From: Balanoglossus misakiensis
Taxonomy: Eukaryota > Animalia > Hemichordata
Direction: 5' to 3'
Assembly: GCA_040954595.2 (NCBI GenBank)
Contig: CM082586.2
Coordinates: forward strand, 5,070,509-5,134,508
DNA length: 64,000 nucleotides
The notes beneath the pieces are model-generated. The model was given only the letters and a program-made list of their open reading frames with translations, was not told the origin of the DNA and searched no databases. The translations under genes were made by a program, and so were the position numbers. Of the stretch, positions 52,044 through 64,000 are shown in pieces (positions within the stretch are counted from its first letter, which is position 1; each line of letters opens with the position of its first letter).

Positions 52044-55000
52044 GTAAGTTTACTTTTCATGTGGTCAGCTGTGATGTGAAAGTGAAAATTCGTCCCACAA
52101 GACAACGTGTCCTACAGTCCCGCTTAAAAATCACATCATGTAAAACGTACTTAAAAGTTAAAGAACTCGTGTTATGCAACTTGCAAAAGCATTGCATAGA
52201 TAATCTGACTATAAAACAAACTAGTTGTTCATGTTATACGGACATTTTCACTGATAACAAGACTATCGAGTAACGGAACAGTACTTGAACATTATTTGCT
52301 TGAGCGCCAGCGCGTACGTCTTCTAGGGTGTTTCCCCGCAATTTGAAACTTCGTCTGCAGAACAGATTAAGGTTGTCACGGGCCATTATGTACTAGTATT
52401 TGGACAACCACTCGTTGAGTAGTTGAATAAGACACTCTTTACATGATCGACTGCAGTTTGTGGTTTTCGTTGAGTGACGCCCACTTTTCGTTAAACAACA
52501 GTTTAAAGTTTAAGATGATTTAATTTACTGAATTGCTTTCTCTTTGTGGGAATCTGTGAGTTACTGGCTGCGCCTAAAACCACACAGCCCTGCCACACAC
52601 AGACAAATTTACATATTTAACGAACTTAGCATCATATAAATCAAAAGTTACTGCACTAACATATCAACGAAATTTTCTAGCATTACGACCGCCACATAGA
52701 TTGCACTGAATGTATTATTAACTGACTATTTGCAGTTTCTGAGGATCTTGTATGTAATCAGTGAAATTTTCTCGTAGATCAAATTTTGTGTAATTTGTTA
52801 AAGAAACGAAAGACACCTTGTTTTTTTTAACTTTTCAAATATTGAATTCTTATGACATTCTTTTTGGAAGTTGTTGGGTTGTCTGAAAATCATTTTGTCT
52901 GAGTTTTCTTGTGACCATGAAGAAACCTAGCAATACAATGAGTTGTTGTTATGTACAATTAACAAAAGTCAACACAGCTATCTGCAACAACAAAGAATAC
53001 AAGCCAAGAAATAAAATGGGGATATTTAAAAATGAAATTCCTGTGTTGGGCAAACTAAGATAAAAAATGTAGCATGTAGTGATTTGTACTTCTCCATTGT
53101 AATTGGAAATATACATCTTGTTATTAATGATTTTAAACTAAAATTAAGAATTTTAGTTAATTAGCATTAATAAAGGTTTGTCTTGGAAGTATTTTAGCCA
53201 AAGTTGACAACAGCAACTACACCATAATACTACTGAGGGAACCTTGCCTGGAGTTGGTCCTACCGAGAGGTCAAAGGTCAATGTGTGTACTTAGTAACAT
53301 ACCACAGATTGAGAGTACTGTTGGCTTTATTGATCTGTGGTAGTTGTTCATTTAGCAGGTCACTAGAAATCTGAGGAAGTATCAGTTGTAAAAGGAAAAC
53401 ATTTCTGTGAACAGAACCACTAAAGTATTTCCAAGTTTGCCTTGCGGGAAATTGGACAAACAAAAATCAATGTTTTGTATTTTGAAATTCGTGAGACAGT
53501 CCCGCGGGGCTGTGTGTACCCTGTATGAGTCAACCCACAAGCAACACTTTGGAACTTCAAGAATTTTTATATTTTCAATGAAAAAATATTCCCATGACCT
53601 AGCGTGACCTTGTGGTCTATATCTATATCCAACAGAAGGCATCAAACACATTATTAAAAATAAAATAACCATCACTGATGAAATATTACACTGGTCCTGT
53701 TATGATTGGTGTACACTTTCTTGTATTTGTTTTTCTTTTCTTAATTTTTTTTCTTCACCGAGAGAAACTTTGTGAGAACTTAGTTTTAGAGAATGCAGAA
53801 ATGTGGTCACAATTACTGGAGTGACAGTGGGCGGTGACCTCATATCATGACTCATTTTTATTAAATACAGACCGCTACTCACAAAGTGGCCGATTTTTAA
53901 CCGAACTAAAAAGATCTGTGCCAGTTTCTGCTCTACAATAACTGCAGTTTTAAGGGGATTTCCTGGTCCCACACCTATCCGGTTGAAAAATCAGTTCAGA
54001 CTACTGATTTGCTGGCTTTTTATCTTGATAGAGAGAAGTCATCGTGATTATATGTTTCATGAAGCTGAGATTGTCCTCTCTAAAGTCACGTTTTGTGTTG
54101 GATAAATCAATGATTCGTTCTGTTTTGCGATATGACTTAATATAACTCTTAACAAAGGTGACTTAACTTCACATTAGTACCATCTCTGGTGTAATGCCAA
54201 TCTACATAAAGGGTACTGAAATTTGGGCATCTAACCATGAACTCTGGACCTGAGAGAGTTCACCTGCTTAATTGCTCTGTCCTAGCAAATACAGTTTTGT
54301 CAGAAGTCAACAACAAAAATGTGATACTGGAATCACGAACCACACATAGTATGTAAGAACTGGACATTCCTATCTTTGAATTGTAGACAATAAAGTCACT
54401 GTTCTTTAAGTCACGCTGTAAAAGTCATAAAAGCAAGTCCACCTTTGAAAGGAAGACAGATCGGGGGAATGTCACAAAAGACACCTTTCCATTTTGATAC
54501 AAATTGTGCCCTGATCACATGGTTCACTGGCTGTGACCTATTCAAAACTTTTTCCCACTTTTTCCCCCTTGTTAAGAACTTTCTGTGTCAGACAGAGCTA
54601 TCTTTTCACAAACATTACATTGCGAAACAGAGAGAAAAGGTTTGGATTGATAAGTTGCCAACCAAATATTTGATCACCACCAAGTTATCAGATTCATTGG
54701 TATGAAATTGTGAAGTCCTTGTTTCATTCCTTTTGATTTTGTTGGCAGTTATGTCAGGATTTATTGAGGCCGTGTTTGGACAAGTCAAACAAGTGACTTT
54801 TCATTGATTTTGTCAACTCAGTGTTTGGCATTAGGAAGATATTTGGTTAAAAAAACACCCCGCTACATATAACTGTGACCTTTGACCTGTAGGCCAACAG
54901 TCACGGTGCTGAAAACATTGGTGAAATAGTGGATTGTCATTGCTTTACCTATGTATCGAGATGCCTATCAGGAGATTGTCCACTCTACTGCCAACTTGCT

Positions 55001-56407
55001 ATAAATTATCAGTATAAATTACGCTCGAATTATGACCATTTTGCGCAGTAAAAAGAAATTTATGAGCTGATTTCGTGAATAATGTTACGGTGCAGTGGTT
55101 GTAAAAGCTCTATAAGAGGAAACTGGGTATTAAATAGCGGGAAATTATTATCTCCATATTGCAATGAATCTTAATGACTTTTATATGGTGAAATATGTAT
55201 CAAAACAAGAACCGTCAGCATTGTCGAAAGATTCTCTCAGAGACTTTTGGAACTCATTTGGTCAAAATTCAACACAAAATCTGTGCGTTAAATCTCATTT
55301 TAGTGATGAGGGTCAGGTATGCGATTAAATTGTTGAGGAAGGAACCAACTCATAAAATTCAAACTGTGAATAAAATTTCCAAATAAAAAATATCTCTTCT
55401 GCATTGGTAACTCATGAAAAACAGGTGTCACGATTTATACCACACCACAGTGAAGTGACTTGCCCCCCAGTGGTGCTTGAGCACGAAATGCAGTTAATCC
55501 CTTCGCCAAAATCGCACTGAAAATAGATCAGCCAGAACTTCAATCACAGTGTTTTAAATCTATCTAGTCACAGAGATTACTGCCTGTAGTCCCAGAACAT
55601 CATACTTTTGTTAAGTAAGCATGTTGTTGTACAGTCAGTTGTATTGAAAGAAGTTGAAACCAAATCTGTACAGGGACTTCACACAAGGTTCAAAAGTCAT
55701 GAGTCAGTCATCTGGGTTAACCTAAGCTAGCTGCAGGATGTCAAAAGGTAATAGACATTTGTCTAATTTGGGAAACAGGCACACCCGGTATACATATCTA
55801 TTTATTGACTTCCTCGTATAGGCTTGGCTGCTATTGTAGTGTGTTGCCAAGGTGATGACTTCCTAACGAACCTATTTTTGGTGTATTTACATTGATGTTT
55901 ACTTGTAACAAGATTAGTCAGCCACCAGAAATGTATGCATGGGAGAACAAATCTTTATATAAACACTGTCATAAATTTGTAGTTTGGTCAGATGAAAACC
56001 TACTTATTGACCACACCCACTTTTAAACTATAGGGGGCGCCATTTCATTCTGTTGAGTTCCTTCAATTTTATTTTGTCATTTTGCACTTAGTGATGTTAA
56101 AAGATAATTGTTTCCCTTTAATAGTGACTGTTTTGAGTAAAAATGAAAACGTCGCCAATCTTTCCATTTTCTGGTAGAAAGATAGATAGACAGGTAGCAT
56201 AGGTAGACATACTTACATACATACAGGCAGACAGACGTACATACAGACATATATATTCAATAAGAAACAAATAATACTTTGACATTTTGTACTTGTTTTC
56301 TTCTTCTAAAATCCAGACTTTCTTCGCTTTTTAAACCTATTCCGTCTGACCTGATGACCAAGAAATAAGGACAACACTTATCTACTTCAAGTTCAACATC
56401 ATTAGTT

Positions 56408-56558
56408 ATGGAAAGTCCAGAGATTATAGCCACAGCAATGGAACCGGGCGAACACAAGGAGAAACAAGAGGTGGAAGAGGATGAGGGAGTTACCATGGGG
56501 ACGACATCTGACGAGAATGAAAACCGACTCGACAGTGGATCGTCAGCTGGCAGCGAAA
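56408..56558 (+). CDS. First coding part of an unidentified gene (acidic N-terminus MESPEIIATAMEPGEHKEKQEVEEDEG...); downstream exons not found in the window
   Basis: Exon 56317-56558 has a pyrimidine tract and atccag| acceptor and an A|gtaaga donor. An in-frame stop precedes ATG 56408 (gttATGg), and the sequence is purine-rich and coding-like. No homology recognised. Confidence 0.5.
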
Positions 56559-56677
56559 GTAAGAATTTGTTGTTTTTTCAGTTTCTCTATCCCGAAAGTC
56601 TGTCAAGCATGTGCTTCTTATCAGATTCATAGCTAGCACTCATGGTATGAACCTGGTAAATCCTTGAATTTGAAATA

Positions 56678-56819
56678 CAGTGAAACCTGTCATTACGGAC
56701 ACCTCTGTAATCAGGACACCTCTCTATTAAGGACAGATATGGTAAGACAAAGTTATGGTTTGAACTATTACGGACAGATTTTCTGGTTCCAGGGGCATCT
56801 GTAATAGACAGTTTCACTG
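56678..56819. mobile_element. Tc1/mariner-pogo-type MITE
   Basis: TA|cagtgaaacctgtc ... gacagtttcactg|TA gives terminal inverted repeats with a TA target duplication. Internal subrepeats read ggacacctct. Confidence 0.85.
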
Positions 56820-57016
56820 TACTGGAAAGTCCTTGAAATACCTGGAAAATTGAATATGCATCGACGTCTTGAAAAACTGTCAATGGTTCTGAAGTGTTGA
56901 CATTTCTGTAGAAAGTGAGATCGTTCAGAAACACCAAAGTCTCAGTATCTGCTGACCGGCTAGGCATGGCTGGTTGTGTGAGTGGATTTATACAGTACCC
57001 CTTATGACCTGATTAC

Positions 57017-57092
57017 CAAATTCCTTTGTTTTTATTCAGTTGCCTTGCACTGTCAAATTCCTTTGTTTTTATTCAGTTGCCTTGCACTGTCA
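57017..57092 (+). repeat. Perfect 37-bp tandem duplication
   Basis: caaattcctttgtttttattcagttgccttgcactgt occurs twice in tandem. Confidence 0.95.
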
Positions 57093-57252
57093 CTCGGGAA
57101 GCCAAGGACCATAATATTGACATATCTTTCCGAATCCATGCAGACTGCCGATCATGTGAATTAGCATTCGAGAAACATAAGAGAAATTCAAACCATTGTT
57201 GTGAATACAAAGATAGTAAACAGTCAACATGTTCCTCATTGGTATGGAACCT

Positions 57253-57345
57253 TTAACCCTTTCACCACAATGGTTTGGTCCAACTCCATTGTTTTCAGTA
57301 GCAATGCTGGACCTGCATACATTGAAACGGGGGTGACACGGTTGA
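57253..57345. mobile_element. Second copy of the TTAA-flanked MITE family
   Basis: ttaaccctttcaccacaatggtttggtccaactccattg...ggacc...gggggtgacacggttga; the right end is degenerate. Confidence 0.65.
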
Positions 57346-58474
57346 AGGTTTAATGATGAAAACAACTATTACACATGCCAGAGAGAAGGTTGCCATATAA
57401 TATTATATCAGAGAGGATGTTGTGACAACCTTTTGGCTTTTCCATGATACAGGCAATAGATTGGCCTGTGTTTTGGTGAAGAAGAACTGGATCAGCCTGT
57501 TTTGTCTCAAGTTTAATTCCCCGTTGATTTGCTTACATTTCCGCCGACGATCCCGGCACTTGATGACATATATAGTCTCGATGTTGTTCTGTAGTAGTGA
57601 CATACACAAGATGGATTGCTCTGGTTACTAGTTGCATTGAATGTTAGTCTCGACACCCTACCAAAATCTAGAAGTGTGAGGTGGAATAAGAACATTTGCA
57701 ATCAACTTCTGAATTCCAAAAAGAGATTGGTAATGGTAGAAGTCCTGTAGTAAAAGTTAGTCTACCATCAATGTAGGAGTGATCTAATTAATGTTCTCGA
57801 TTGTGCGATCTTGCAACAAAGTAGTGCAACAAATTAGTGGAAGGAACCAAGTGCCCCCAATTATAAAAGACCACCAGTGGAACCTTACAATGTCGCCATT
57901 GTGGCCTGGACATTCTCTGTGGTTGTCCATGTTGAGCTGTGTGTTGTCTGGAAGTGATACAGCCTTGGCAGATATGATAGAGCAGTGCCCGCAGACCCAA
58001 ACAATGTAAACAGGCCGTGAACTTTGAAAGTGTGTGTTTCCTGTCGTGTGGTCTCATCAGGCAAACAGTGGAATCATTCTGCGCATGGCTCACGGCCATG
58101 ATTGTTAACATCATCAGACAAAAATGTCGTCTGTTTATTTCGCACTCACGCTGCACATGCTGCAGTTTAGTCATAGCTCTCAATAAACTTGAAAGTCAAG
58201 CTCTCTCTTTCTCCCTCTCACGGCAAGGTCAGACTCACTCAATCAACAGCCGATCACGGCACTCATAATTTACGCCCGGTGTTTCCTTTCACCATGTTGG
58301 TTTCACCAGATGTTCATTTCTTCAGCTGACTGTGACTCAATATACACACACACGTGTACTTACACTTGTCAGGGTCATGATATAGCTATTCAGCTCATTT
58401 CCATCATTCCTTCCAAGAAAAATATTCACAAAGTGAAACACACATGTGATCTGGGGTCTCGGATGTGTTACCGG

Positions 58475-58520
58475 TACAGTGAAACCAGTGTCATGATGGA
58501 CACCTCTCTAATCAGGACCT
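58475..58520 (+). mobile_element. Truncated copy of the same Tc1/mariner-type MITE
   Basis: tacagtgaaacc..tgtcatgatggacacctctctaatcaggac matches the left end of the element at 56678. Confidence 0.7.
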
Positions 58521-60234
58521 GTATATTAAACTTCAGTACATGTAATTTTGAAGGTACTTTGCAAAGTGAAAAGTGACAAAAACTGGAAAATGAAACAAGT
58601 ACAGTTTTCGCTGTCAGAACAAGATAGGTCAAAGAACTTACATTCACAAAGCTAATGATATAGAGTTAAATTTTCCCAGTTGTGTGCCCAATAGACACTG
58701 TTGAAATTCAGGATGTCCATTTCCCAATGTCAGTGGTTGTCATAGCGATTTCCTTCTTCCCCCTGTGTAGAAAGTCAAGTATCCAAGGGAGGCAACAAGA
58801 GTTAAAAAGTCTCATATTTCCATGGAGAAATGGTCTCCCTAAGTTTGTGAATCTTGTCATGCAAGTGCAGCAGATTTAAGGCATGTGACAATATGTTGTT
58901 TACAAGTCAGTTGTATGAAATTGATGACGAATAAAAGTTCGACTCCCCCAGAGCTATTTTGATACTCCTGATGCTTGATACGTTCTTTTTCTTGAGTGTC
59001 AAATCACATCATTTCATACAGTCACAATGCGGAGTCACATGTAGATTGATCATCAGCTTTCATATTTAGAAAAAAGTCAGTATCATAGTGTCTAGCTAGC
59101 AGCAATTTCTCATCAAAGAAAACATGATATACATTCAGAAAACCAGCTATATCTCAACTTTCTTTGGCTTGGTTAGGTTATTTGAAATACGAGTTACATA
59201 TTTTGGTTGAAATACTTCAGTTTTGGTATTATGTCATAAGAAATTATGCTGCTTTCTAGACATTTAATCTCGTTCGAAACAAGATCTCACATGTACTTTA
59301 ATCAGTATTCTAAGAATGTCTGAGAAAATGGGAAGATAAGAGACAAAAAATGCAAAGAGTTAATTGAATTGCCAACAGGGCTTCATCACCACCCCCTCTC
59401 CCCTGATGTGTATGTGGAATAGCCCAGTTGTTATCTGCAGTAGATGGATCATCACATAAGAGGCAAATAGGGATGGCCAGCTTGAAAAAACAAAAATCTG
59501 CTATTGTTGCTAACGATTATTTATTTGACTGGATAACATACAGAGTTCTCAATTTCAGTCTTGAAATCAGATCGGGTTACTGCTGACATAACTGGGTTTA
59601 TCAAAAATGTCATCATGGATCCTCAGAGTGGAAGGTTTAAAGGGACCGAGTTAAAGGGCTCAGTTTGTTCATAGCTGTGTCCCATCCCAGCCCTGTCATC
59701 CATCTGCCTGCCTATCTAAATATATCACATTCCTGCAGACGGCAGACCAACCACGAGAGCAGAAAGAAAGACACTCCTCGGTCTACCCTCATTCTCTGAG
59801 CCCTTCGCATGTCAATACCGACCCCGGATTAAAATCATATTAGCACTGAAATTGTACTCGCCCGGCAGCTGTTCGGATAACCTCCGCGATTGTCTGGAAA
59901 ATTTGTTTTATCAGAGAGTCGGTTGCACAGTTTTGAGAGGTGAGGTTTTATATTTTTTTTGTCTGTTGGGAAAGTTTGATGCGTTGGGGAGTTGATGATG
60001 ATGATGGTGACGCATGTACTCGCACACTGTTCGGTTTCATCTGTGTTATTTTAAAAGCTGGCAGAGAAAAACTGTTGTGGCTGTGTCAAGCCAGCAGAAT
60101 CAATTACCGACGCAGTGCTGTAGGTCTGAGCAGCGGAGAAGAATTTCATTTGCACGTACAGAGACTCGCAAAGCAAGTTTTATGAATGATTTCGGATGGC
60201 CACATGAAACTTGTTATCTTGGCCTGTTCAAGGT

Positions 60235-60718
60235 TACAGCATTCTTAAGTGCGACGTGAAACTCAATCTCGGGAGTTTGATGAGAATTTATGGGCTCGAC
60301 CGGGTTTGGTTCACAAGAAGTTTAATTTCATCCATGAATTTCTTCCCTGGTACCATTTCTACCCTGTTATCAACTTCAATGTACAAGCACTTCACGTTCT
60401 GTGTGGTGTATCCCAATTAGGATCTTAACAACAGACCAAGCAACTCACATTGAAACCAGTGAGGCAACTATCACAGATAAAACCCACATAGTTCAGTTTA
60501 TTTATACAACCGGGATGGCTAGCCGCTCCCCAGAAAGTGTTTTTACACTAACTGTTTATTCCATAGCCACGTGCATATTTTCATTACTAATGTCCACTCA
60601 CCATTTTTTCAACAAGATTGAAGAACACAAAAATATATCAAGATTACACAAATGATAATACAGCATTCTCGAGTGCGGCATGAAACTTAATCAAAGTTTG
60701 ATGAGAATTTATGTGCTC
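60235..60718 (+). repeat. Diverged ~60-bp direct repeats (60235-60297 and 60659-60718)
   Basis: Both read tacagcattct..agtgcg.c.tgaaact.aatc...agtttgatgagaatttatg.gctc. Confidence 0.85.
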
Positions 60719-61471
60719 AGACGAAAAAGCAAACAGAGCTATAATCTTGACTTTCTTGGTTTGGCTCAAAAATATCAGAAGCATAGGATGACAGTGGAGA
60801 TCTTGACCTTGAAGATAATAGAGTTCAAAAATATTCCAAACTTATGGGGAAGGTAATTAACTGTAGGGGTGTGAACTTAATAACCTGGGTGATTATTGAC
60901 TGTTGTGATGTTCATGTTCTGAGCAAACATATCTAGGCACCCATAGTGCAACCATGGCCTGAAAGCCGATAATCAACCTTGGGTTAGACTAGAAGCCTAC
61001 ATGGAAGTTGAGTTCTTTTAGTCTCACTATGAGTCTCCAGTCTTTGCATGTATTTTTTGTAGAATTTAGCATTCTTTAAACCTGATGATGAAATTCTTCA
61101 GCTTTTAATATCGTTTACCAATCATTTTGGTTTTAACTTGGGAAATTTGATATCTACAGGTCATGCAGTGTTATCAATCTCTGGTTTAAATAAAGAAAGT
61201 TATTTGTAAGGCGGAGTGATGAATTAAAAGATAAACTAATTAAAAGTAATTAGCATTTCTAATTGATTCTGAGTCATGATCTTATCAGGCTCTGTTTCTT
61301 TTAATTAGTGTGTAATGATAAGCAAGGGGTTTGTTCACATTAAGAAGTAAAAGTATAGTCTGTCTACTAGGACCTGTCCATGGCTAACAACTTTCTGAGG
61401 GTTAGAGTTGGTCTGAGTGTCCACAATTTACACATTGGAATCAGTGTCAACATTGTGACATGTCCCCAGTT

Positions 61472-61565
61472 TTAACCCTTTCATCCCCATGGTTCAGTCC
61501 AAACCCATTGTTTCCTATGGTAGAGTTGGACCTCTGTTGAGGGAACTGGGGGGCGGTAGGGTTAA
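61472..61565. mobile_element. ~90-bp TTAA-flanked piggyBac-type MITE
   Basis: TTAA|ccct ... aggg|TTAA ends. The body (catggttcagtccaaacccattg...ggacc) is similar to copies at 57253 and 44024. Confidence 0.7.
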
Positions 61566-64000
61566 GCTCCAGGACACCTGTATGTCACATTGCTTCTCCC
61601 TTACTCACAAGTGGTGGGTTCGTCATCCTGTTATTGAGCTAACGCCTGTTGGGTGACTGACGGATAGAATAAAATAAAATAAATAAAAAACCTCTCCATG
61701 ATAACAGGAACAACAAACTAGTCTGATTCTGACACATTGATTATTTTGAGTCAACTTCCTGAAAGTGAAATTTGTCAAGTGGATTGTCACAAACCTAGTA
61801 AAACTTCTGCACTGGGCCAAAACAAACTCACTGATGTGAATTTAATTTCTCCTCTAAAGAAGGTTTATCAACCGGTATGATTACAAACACCCCCACCCAC
61901 AGGAACCAGCAGGGGAAGAAACAAATTACTAAACCAAGTCAGAGGGAAAGAGAAACCCTTGAAGCTGTTTCAGTGTTTACATTCAATCTTGATGAGAGAG
62001 GAAACGTCTGTGTAAATCGTGGTTTGTGAATTCAAGAGGTTTTCAAAAATCATGGGATCTGGTTTCAGCCGAGACCCACACCCTAAAATTAAGCAGTTCT
62101 CCCAAATGTCTGCCGGGTTTTCCGGTTGTAAATGAAGTTTCACGAACAGCGGGATGTGCCGGATTGGTTTCGCATTCCATAATTTGGGATATATATTAAA
62201 AATACGCAAGATGTTATTTATGTTTGTAAATTTATACTTCGTGGTTGACCTCTGAAGTCAGGTTTTTTAACAGCACACCCTTTCATGATATTTGAATTTT
62301 AAGCGTTTTGCTTCAGAACTTCATGTGGAAAGGTATTTAACCAAGAATTTTGTGTAGTTTGGTGACATTTTTTGCTGCCACCCCAGAAATGTTTTCAACT
62401 GAAGCAAAATAACAGATTATGAACTACTGTCCTCTAATGGGCAGCCATCTTTTCCAAGGTGTACCAAAAATTTGATGCATTTGTTTAAGAAATGCACAGT
62501 GTATGGTTATAATAATACTGTTCGCTCTGACCCAGAAATTGCTAACATAGTAACAAGTAAAACCCAGTGACCCGTCCACAGATATCAAGCTGGCATTTTA
62601 GATAAACGCTGACGTAAAGGGAATTTTTTATTCAGACATGTGAGACGTGATGTTAAGTCGCGTCGGCTGTCATAATTTTAGCAAGTTTTCACTTAGCGTG
62701 TAATTTGATAATACAGTAGTATGGCCAGTGGGACCATAATAAAAATATGAGTCCATCATAAAACGTTCGTAGTTCTTTCTTGTTTCTGGTCGAGATTCAA
62801 AGTCGACCTTCATAAACACTCTTCTGCCATGAGAAGTTAATTATCATATGACCTTATATTGGGGTCGTTGAATTTTAAAAACAGAAGTCCCCGACTTTTT
62901 ATTAGCAGATATGAGGAGATCGTATGTTTTATTTAGATTTTATCGGCAGCAATAAAATGACAGTTCAATGGCAGTTTTCTCCCCCGGATTAGATTATTCC
63001 CAAATACTTCCTTCCTGGATTGTCTCATTCCTGGTATGGATAATTTTTCCGCGTGACACTGGTTTCGCAAGTATTTCTCACAATTCTCTCTTATCACCAA
63101 AACTGAAAGTTCCGTCGGCCTTTGAGCCCCCAGTTGTTTTTGTTTTCATAATCGCTCTGCCTTGGAAGGATAAAGGCAGCCAGGTCTTTGAAATTGAACG
63201 ACTTCATTCCAAATATTTCACCTGAAATGAAATGAAACTTGCCAACCGTGCCTTAATAACAGACATAATTTTAAATGCGCTATGTAATTGACTGGGTTTA
63301 ATTCACCCAAACAGTCAAAATTGCGATCCCATTGACATCACCACGCGGAGCCAGTGCATGACAGTGTACGATGGTAAAATTACCAGTGCAGTCTGCGCTA
63401 CATGACCCCTAGCCTCCCATGATAGGGTCAACCACGCAGAACACATGTTGTAAATTTACTTCGTTTCATATACAGCTGGGACTAAATCTCTGCGCTCTCT
63501 CTAAATAAAATAAAAGGCAGCTCTATGTTTCTCGTACGACAGCAAAACAGCCACACATGCAATGAGTTACTGTGTCAAAGGGGAAACCCCACTTGAAATC
63601 AAGTCAAGTTTTTAACACATACTTCGGTATACTTCGCTTTCTTTATACACACATACGGACATGCGGAGATTTTGTGATATGTTTGGAATTAGTGCTTTAT
63701 GTACAAATGTAGTTCAGGATATTGAAATTTTGGCATGTCTGGATCAGTTATCACAATCCCTAGTTAACTGAAGCACGAATTGGATGTGTACATTTGAGTA
63801 TTTATTTTGAAATTCCTGCAGATTAATTTTGCCAGTGAAATATAAATTTAAAGCTACAACTGATGTTAGCTACTTCGAGACAAAGAATATGTTGTATCTA
63901 TCACCTCTGCATCATTGCACTCTGATTAAAATCATAGCAAAGTAGATCAATAACCTCCCCATCCTCAAGGAGCATTATCTTTCCTGAAAAAATGTACATG

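Overview
This is eukaryotic (animal) genomic DNA with GT-AG introns, microsatellites and short non-autonomous DNA transposons. It is probably an invertebrate bilaterian and possibly a deuterostome, but the taxon is only an inference. By hand I could splice four complete genes: ketohexokinase (KHK, minus strand, 7 exons, 304 aa), ABT1/Esf2 (plus, 3 exons, head-to-head with KHK), ADHFE1 (plus, 14 exons, 482 aa) and Staufen (minus, up to 14 coding exons, 799 aa). Two partial genes run out of the window: the 5' end of a probable PRDM14-like gene at the left (minus) and an unidentified plus-strand gene divergent from Staufen at the right. About 26 kb between the PRDM14-like gene and KHK holds no recognisable gene. 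The most unusual structure is a tandem duplication at the Staufen 3' end that builds a new in-frame chimeric exon, with CAG where the terminal copy has the TAG stop. Other notable items are a 207-bp palindromic element with inward-facing TTAGGG/CCCTAA repeats, a duplicated 'poison' splice acceptor in ADHFE1, and gene content matching human 8q13-q21. I found no CRISPR array, rRNA, tRNA or prokaryote-type system. Comparisons with human genes are from memory, not from a search.
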